This document shows positions 58,839-64,000 of a stretch of 64,000 bases of DNA, in pieces (position 1 is the stretch's first letter; the number at the start of each line of letters is the position of its first letter). A model generated the notes under the pieces. That model was not told the origin of the DNA, searched no databases, and saw only the letters and a program-made list of their open reading frames with translations. Made by a program: the position numbers and the translations under genes. This stretch comes from Syntrophaceae bacterium UBA1411 (lineage in GTDB: Bacteria > Desulfobacterota > Syntrophia > Syntrophales > Smithellaceae), in the NCBI GenBank assembly GCA_002304995.1, contig DBPV01000119.1, positions 1,429 through 65,428 of the forward strand, in the 5' to 3' direction.

Positions 58839-60776
58839 TCACAGCTCCCAGGCGGCCCGCGCGCCTTCATCCGTGGCTTCGATGATCCGGCGGGGTGAAC
58901 TCGCGTCGCCCACCGTTTTGAACGCAATGCCGAGTTTTGTACAAACGGTTTCCAGGGCGTTTGAGGGTTTCATGCCGGCGGCGACGACCACCTGATCCAC
59001 GGGGGAGATAACGGAGGTCTGTCCTTCAGCGCTGAACGTGACGCCCGCCTCGTCGATCGCCGTCACGCGGGCGCCGAAGAGAAGCTTGCAGGCGCGGTCC
59101 CGCAGGCGTTTGTGCAGCATGTAGCCGTGGGAGGTGATCTTGAGGACGGGCGAGCGTTTGAGCATTTCCAGGATCGTGACGGTTTTGCCCCGCTCGGTCA
59201 GGAAATCGGCCGTTTCCATGCCGATCAGCGCTCCGCCGATAATGACGATGTTTTCTCCGGGAGCGATCCGGCCGTCGAGGATCTGCCAGGCGTCGCAAAC
59301 CTTTGCGCCGTCAATCCCCGGAATCGGCGGAACCAGCTTTTCTCCGCCGGTGGCCAGAATCACAACGTCCGGTTTCCCTTCTTTGAGCAGTGCTTCGTCC
59401 ACTTCCGTTTCGCTTTTAATGGCGACGCCCGTTTTGCGGACCTGGCCGATCAGCCAGTCGATCCACTGGCCGTAAATTTCCTTGTGCGGCGGAATCTGCG
59501 CGTAGCGGATCTGGCCGCCCAGGATGTTCTTTTTTTCAAAAAGCGTAACGCGGTGTCCGAGACGGTTCGCCTCGGCGGCCGCCGTAAGACCCGCGGGGCC
59601 CGCTCCCACGATCCAGACGTTTTTCGGCCGGGATGTTTTTTCCCGGGGATACAGCGTTTCCTGGCCGGTTTCAGGATTGATGGAGCAGCGGATGTTGCCC
59701 TCGCCGAGGATTTCCCGCTCGATGCACCCCTGATTGCAGGCGATGCAAAGGCGGATGTCTTCCGTCCGGCCTTCCTGCGCTTTCACCAGGAAGTCGGGAT
59801 CCGCCAGAAACTGCCGGCCGAAAGCGATCAGATCTGCGTCGCCGCGGTCCAGCGATTCCTCGGCCGCTGCGGGATCGGTGAAGCGTCCGACGGCGATGAC
59901 GGGGACGGACACGACGTCTTTCATTTTGCGGGCCAGCCAGGCGTTGAATCCGGGGGCAAATTCAGCCGGCGCCTGGGTGATGCCGCCGGGGCTGCCGTGC
60001 GTGCCGAAAGACGCGTGGATGATGTCGACGCCGGCCTGTACGAAATCAGGCGCGATACTCTGCATGTCGTCCGCGCTGTAGCCGCCCTTGATGAACTCCT
60101 CCGCCGAGATGCGGATGGAGACGGGGTAATCGGCGCCCACCTGCCGCCGGATTTCCCGGATGACGTCCAGAACGAAGCGCGACCGCTCCCGGAGCGTCTG
60201 GCCGCCGTATTCGTCGCTGCGCTGGTTGGAAAGGGCCGACAAAAACTGCGTCAGCAGATAGCCATGGGCGCAGTGAATTTCCACGGCATCGAATCCGGCG
60301 GACTTTGCCCGGGCCGCCGCCCGGCCGAAATCCACAATCACGTCTTCGATCTGCGCCTTCGTCATTTCACGGGGAGCGCCCTTGAAGACGATGCTCGGGA
60401 TCGCCGAAGGCGCCACGGCACGTCCCTTGCCCAGCAAATAGAGGCTTTCGCGGCCGCTGTGGTGCACTTGCAGGGCGATTTTGCAGCCCGCTTCGTGGGC
60501 GGCCCGGGCCATCCGGCCAAGGCCGGGAAGAAAGCGGTCGTCATAAGCCGCAAGCTCGTGCGGGGATACCAGGCCGTCGGGATGAACGCCGGCGATCTCT
60601 GTGATGATCAGGCCGGGTCGTCCCTGGGCCCTGCGTTTCAGGTAGGCGAGATTCTCGTCGCTGACGGTGCCGTCGGCGTTTCCCAGATTGGTTCCCATGG
60701 GGGGCATGACGACGCGGTTGGCGAGGGTCATCGATTTGATGGTCAGTGGGGACAACAGGTGACGAAAGGCATTCAT
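58839..60776 (-). CDS. 2,4-dienoyl-CoA reductase-like enzyme: OYE-family FMN oxidoreductase + 4Fe-4S + FAD/NAD(P) domain
   Basis: OYE motifs NRVVMPPMGTN and GFDAVEIHCAHGYLLTQFLS. Cys cluster CIACNQGC...C. Rossmann motif VWIVGAGPAGLTAA. Confidence 0.88.
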   Translation of the reverse strand: MNAFRHLLSPLTIKSMTLANRVVMPPMGTNLGNADGTVSDENLAYLKRRAQGRPGLIITEIAGVHPDGLVSPHELAAYDDRFLPGLGRMARAAHEAGCKIALQVHHSGRESLYLLGKGRAVAPSAIPSIVFKGAPREMTKAQIEDVIVDFGRAAARAKSAGFDAVEIHCAHGYLLTQFLSALSNQRSDEYGGQTLRERSRFVLDVIREIRRQVGADYPVSIRISAEEFIKGGYSADDMQSIAPDFVQAGVDIIHASFGTHGSPGGITQAPAEFAPGFNAWLARKMKDVVSVPVIAVGRFTDPAAAEESLDRGDADLIAFGRQFLADPDFLVKAQEGRTEDIRLCIACNQGCIEREILGEGNIRCSINPETGQETLYPREKTSRPKNVWIVGAGPAGLTAAAEANRLGHRVTLFEKKNILGGQIRYAQIPPHKEIYGQWIDWLIGQVRKTGVAIKSETEVDEALLKEGKPDVVILATGGEKLVPPIPGIDGAKVCDAWQILDGRIAPGENIVIIGGALIGMETADFLTERGKTVTILEMLKRSPVLKITSHGYMLHKRLRDRACKLLFGARVTAIDEAGVTFSAEGQTSVISPVDQVVVAAGMKPSNALETVCTKLGIAFKTVGDASSPRRIIEATDEGARAAWEL

Positions 60777-60797
60777 GATATTCTCCTTGGCAAAAAT

Positions 60798-61448
60798 TTA
60801 CGCGCAATCGGGAATGATGGCCTTGAGGATGGTTTCCTCCGTCAGGGTCAGGAAGTCTTCCCGGGAGTAGCGCTTCAGATTCCAGCTTCTCAAAGGATAC
60901 AGAGACAGCTGAAAAACAAGCATATTGGCGGCAAAATAGGGATCCCGAACGTGAAAAGCCTTTTTTTCTACGCCCCGGGCGATGATCTTTTCAAAAAAGT
61001 CGACGAGATCGCTTTCTTTTTTCAGGACGATCTTCAGAAATTTGGGAGGCAGGACACGCGTTTCACGGTACATCATCAGAATGTCGTTCATGGCGTCATG
61101 CGTCATGACCAGCATCTGATGCAGGGCGGTTTGCAGCTGTTCTTTCGGATCTTCAATGGTGAGAACGCCCTTGCGCTCCAGCCAGGCAATGGCCGGGTCG
61201 TGATACGTTTCGAAGGCAAGGCACAAAATGTCTTCCTTGCTGCTGATATAGTTGTACAAATTTCCCAGATTGATGCCCGTCGCCTTGGAGATATCACGCA
61301 TGGTGGTCTGGGCATAGCCCTTCTTGATGAACAGGCGCGAGGCTTTCTTGACGATTTGGGCCTGTCTTTTGTTGACGGCTTCCTGGCTGCCCGTTTCCGG
61401 CAGTGTCTGCGCGGCGCTAGGCTCCTTGCTGCTTAGCTGATCGTTCAT
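60798..61448 (-). CDS. TetR/AcrR-family transcriptional regulator
   Basis: HTH region IVKKASRLFIKKGYAQTTMRDISKATGINLGNLYNYISSKEDIL. I trimmed the start to ATG 61448, which has SD AAAGGAGA. Confidence 0.88.
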   Translation of the reverse strand: MNDQLSSKEPSAAQTLPETGSQEAVNKRQAQIVKKASRLFIKKGYAQTTMRDISKATGINLGNLYNYISSKEDILCLAFETYHDPAIAWLERKGVLTIEDPKEQLQTALHQMLVMTHDAMNDILMMYRETRVLPPKFLKIVLKKESDLVDFFEKIIARGVEKKAFHVRDPYFAANMLVFQLSLYPLRSWNLKRYSREDFLTLTEETILKAIIPDCA

Positions 61449-61647
61449 GTTTCTCCTTTCCGGTCGGCAACGTTTCGCATGTTTCCTTAAGGGATCCGGT
61501 GTTTTCATTTTTCCGGACCTGACGCCCGTCGGCAGTAAAACCATAATCCGGCTGCATGGCTGGTTATGCAGGGGCAATGACAGAATTTTCCAATAGATGC
61601 TGCATCAATACCAGACCGTTCGGGTAAAAGCAAGCTCCTCCGGAATA

Positions 61648-61663
61648 AAACATACGTCTGTTT
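61648..61663. promoter_or_regulatory. 16-bp palindromic operator candidate (copy 3)
   Basis: AAACATACGTCTGTTT, in the AT-rich divergent region between the tetR operon and the fadD paralog. Confidence 0.5.
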
Positions 61664-61999
61664 AACATAAGTGCGTAAATATTTGCAATAACAAAGTAAA
61701 TATATTTATAAAATCTGTTGAATATAAAGAAATTATCGTGTATGAAAGGCACTGGCATCGGTTAGTGCCGGATAGAAAATTTGTAGACAGCTTTTCGGAC
61801 ACAGGAGTATTTTGTGGTTTTTTAAATTTCCCCCGCCTGTTCTTTTCAGAGCAATTTCGGAGAAAATCTCTTTCGTCTGACGTTTTTTTTTCAGAAGATC
61901 GGGATGAAGAGTCGGGACGGATATGGCGTTCAAACGATATAAAAAAATAACGAGGCGCGAGCGTTTGTCTCGAGACCATTTTTTTTAAGGAGGTATCCG

Positions 62000-63664
62000 A
62001 TGTTTGAAGCAAAACCCTGGGTAAAGTATTACGATTATAATGTCCCGCACACCATTCAGTTCCCGAAAATCCCCGTTCAGAGCCTGGTTCATCTGGCGGC
62101 CACCATGTTTCCCCGCAAGGCCGCGACCAACATCTACGGATCGACGATGACGTTTCGCCAGATCCGCTCCCAGATGCTCAGGCTGTCCAACGCCCTGATC
62201 AAGATGGGCGTGAAGAAAGGCGACCGCGTGGGTCTGGCGCTTCCCAACTGCCCCCAGTACATCGTCGCTTACTACGCCGCTCTGTCGGCGGGCGCGATCG
62301 TCGTGAACATGAACCCCCTCTACACCCATGACGAGCTCAAGTTCATGATGGAAAATTCCGGTTTGCAGACGCTGTTCACATTCGACACGGTTCTGCCGGT
62401 GATGCGGCCGCTGGCCAAGGAGCTGGGGCTGAAAAACGTCATCATCACCAAAGTGACCGATTACATCCAGGGATTCCCGGTGAGCACGGCGAAAAGCCTC
62501 GATCTCGAGGAGGGCTGGAAGCATTTTTCCGAACTGGTGGAAAGCGCCACGGATGAAAGCATGCCGAGAGTCAATGTGACGTCCGAAGACCCCGCGCTGA
62601 TCCAGTTTACAGGCGGCACGACGGGGCTGCCGAAAGGCGCGCTGCTCACGCATTCCAACCTCATCGCCGGCACCCTGCAGGGCTCGCTTTGGGGAAATTC
62701 CATCACGACCTACATTCCCCACGCGCAGCGGGCCGTCATCGCCGCCATTCCCTATTTCCATATTTACGGCAATACGTTTTCCATGAACTGGGGAATGTTC
62801 AACGCCGCCACGCAGGTGATGTTTCCGAGATTCGAACTGGAAGAGTTCATGGCCGTGCTGGCCAGCGTCGATGAAATCACGTACTTCCCGACCGTGCCGA
62901 CGATGGTGACGGCGATCGTCAACCATCCCAAAGCCGCCGAACTCGACCTGGGCGCCAAGATCCGCCTGCTCAGCACAGGCGGCGCCCCCATGCCCGTCGA
63001 GCTGATCCAGCGGGTCAAGGACATCGGAATCTTTTTCAACGAAGGCTGGGGCATGAGCGAAACGGCTTCCGTCGGCATCAGCATTCCGATTCTCCGCCAC
63101 AAGGCGGGATCCATCGGCTGTCCGTATCCCGGCAATGAAGTCCGCCTGGTCGACGTGGAAACGGGTCTCAATGATGTCAAACCCGGCGAACCGGGTGAAA
63201 TTCTGATCAAAGGTCCCACGATCATGCAGGAGTACTGGCAGAACCCGGAAGAAACGGCCAACCAGTTGAAGGACGGATGGCTTTCCACCGGCGACATTGC
63301 GCAGATGGACGAAGACGGTTATTTCTACATCGTGGACCGCAAGAAAGATATGATCATCGCCGGCGGATTCAATATTTATCCCCGCGAGGTCGATGAAGTC
63401 CTGTACCAGCATCCCAAGATTGCCGAGGCGGTTTCGGCGGGCGTGCCCGACACGTACCGCGGGGAAACGGTAAAAGCCTTCATCGTTCTGAAACCGGGTG
63501 TCGAAGCCACCGACAAGGAAATCATCGCCTTCTGCAAGGAAAAGCTCGCGCCCTACAAGGTGCCGAAGCTCGTCGAATTTCGCAAAGAGCTGCCGAAGTC
63601 CGCGGTCGGCAAGATCCTGCGCAAGATTCTGCGCGACGAAGAAATCGCGAAAAGCAAGAAGTAA
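62000..63664 (+). CDS. fadD: long-chain-fatty-acid--CoA ligase (AMP-binding family), paralog of 23348-25018
   Basis: IQFTGGTTGLPKGALLTH, GWGMSE, STGD, DRKKDMIIAGGFNIYP, PKSAVGKILRK. SD AAGGAGG. Confidence 0.9.
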   Translation: MFEAKPWVKYYDYNVPHTIQFPKIPVQSLVHLAATMFPRKAATNIYGSTMTFRQIRSQMLRLSNALIKMGVKKGDRVGLALPNCPQYIVAYYAALSAGAIVVNMNPLYTHDELKFMMENSGLQTLFTFDTVLPVMRPLAKELGLKNVIITKVTDYIQGFPVSTAKSLDLEEGWKHFSELVESATDESMPRVNVTSEDPALIQFTGGTTGLPKGALLTHSNLIAGTLQGSLWGNSITTYIPHAQRAVIAAIPYFHIYGNTFSMNWGMFNAATQVMFPRFELEEFMAVLASVDEITYFPTVPTMVTAIVNHPKAAELDLGAKIRLLSTGGAPMPVELIQRVKDIGIFFNEGWGMSETASVGISIPILRHKAGSIGCPYPGNEVRLVDVETGLNDVKPGEPGEILIKGPTIMQEYWQNPEETANQLKDGWLSTGDIAQMDEDGYFYIVDRKKDMIIAGGFNIYPREVDEVLYQHPKIAEAVSAGVPDTYRGETVKAFIVLKPGVEATDKEIIAFCKEKLAPYKVPKLVEFRKELPKSAVGKILRKILRDEEIAKSKK

Positions 63665-63679
63665 CACGCGGAGAGTCGA

Positions 63680-63711
63680 GGCTGCGCCGGGTTTCCGGAC
63701 CCGGCGCAGCC
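63680..63711 (+). terminator. 13-bp perfect hairpin after fadD (no U-tract)
   Basis: GGCTGCGCCGGGT-ttccgg-ACCCGGCGCAGCC. Confidence 0.4.
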
Positions 63712-63844
63712 GGCTCGGAAATTATCGCGCACAAGGCCGGGGCGCACAGGCATTGCGGCATCTGCTTTGGCCAGGGATATGCTCCGGTGGTGTGCCGGGG
63801 CCGGAGATGCCGCGCCCGACAACCCGTTCCAGGAACGAAGATAA

Positions 63845-63860
63845 AAATGACGTTTCATTT
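63845..63860. promoter_or_regulatory. variant of the 16-bp palindrome
   Basis: AAATGACGTTTCATTT (arms AAATGA/TCATTT), 38 nt upstream of the ATG at 63898. Confidence 0.35.
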
Positions 63861-63897
63861 TTTGTCTGACGATATCAACACATAAGGAGTAAAGCGT

Positions 63898-64000
63898 ATG
63901 ATCAAAACAGTTGAGCAGTATCTGGAGAGCTTGAATGACGGCCGGGAAGTCTGGTGCCTGGGAGAAAAAGTCAAGGACGTGCGGACGCATCCGACCGTGA
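63898..64000 (+). CDS. 4-hydroxybutyryl-CoA dehydratase / 4-hydroxyphenylacetate 3-hydroxylase-family protein (N-terminal fragment, runs off the window)
   Basis: SD AAGGAG. MIKTVEQYLESLNDGREVWCLGEKVKDVRTHPTV resembles the N-terminus of AbfD/HpaB-family proteins (...EQYIESL......Y..GE.V.D...HP). Confidence 0.55.
   Translation, partial: MIKTVEQYLESLNDGREVWCLGEKVKDVRTHPTV

Noticed and set aside
61753-61769. Sigma-54-like TGGCAT...TGCC upstream of the fadD paralog. Other TGGCAT occurrences lie at 23300-23316 and 34238-34254, and on the minus strand at 13590-13605 (TGGCATGGTTATTTCA).
   Set aside because: GG-to-GC spacing is 13 rather than 12 at 61753. No GC lies at the -12 position at 34238, and the spacing is wrong at 23300. 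At 13590 the -12 reads TC rather than GC. The 23300 site also faces no downstream gene.

Overview
This 64-kb window is a GC-rich (about 60% by eye), densely packed chromosomal segment from a Gram-negative anaerobe. The gene content suggests Desulfobacterota ('Deltaproteobacteria'), possibly a syntroph-like lineage; that assignment is inference. It rests on RNase Y + YmdB, a sigma-54 EBP, PPDK, several radical-SAM proteins, a FecR/TPR-barrel pair and anaerobic acyl-CoA enzymes. I support about 50 protein genes, and most are housekeeping:
- tex, ppdK, uvrB, hpt, mltA, tsaC, purE, ppiB, purO-like + AICARFT-only purH, purD
- two CNNM/CorC paralogs, a GlmU N-domain protein, dusB, zapB/zapA, rny, ymdB, tyrS

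I saw no rRNA, tRNA, CRISPR array, transposase, integrase or phage gene. I recognised no canonical defence system.

The ORF track counts GTG/TTG as starts and contains many long antisense 'mirror' ORFs typical of high-GC DNA. I rejected those mirror ORFs and trimmed several N-terminal over-extensions to starts that have a Shine-Dalgarno.

The observations most worth a second look:
1. A GAF-type sigma-54 activator gene is bracketed by two sigma-54 promoters. One promoter, with a perfect 11-bp inverted repeat upstream, reads into a ~0.4-0.7 kb low-GC, GGA-rich tract with no convincing ORF. This may be a sigma-54-dependent regulatory RNA or hold unannotated micro-ORFs.
2. A strongly signalled gene encodes a secreted tandem twin-CX3C mini-protein. 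It leads an orphan four-gene minor-pseudopilin operon whose last member carries a beta-helix-like repeat module.
3. The PPDK carries an in-frame 100-aa Lys/Ala-rich, histone-H1-like C-terminal tail.
4. A 16-bp palindrome (AAAYRNACGTNYRTTT) recurs three times, plus one variant, around a TetR-controlled acyl-CoA cluster.
5. A probable 6S RNA lies downstream of zapB-zapA.
6. A phased GTCGYGA / GGAAC-GTTCC repeat array lies between a Ski2-like helicase gene and a TPR gene.

All functional calls come from motifs I recognised by eye. I ran no database search.
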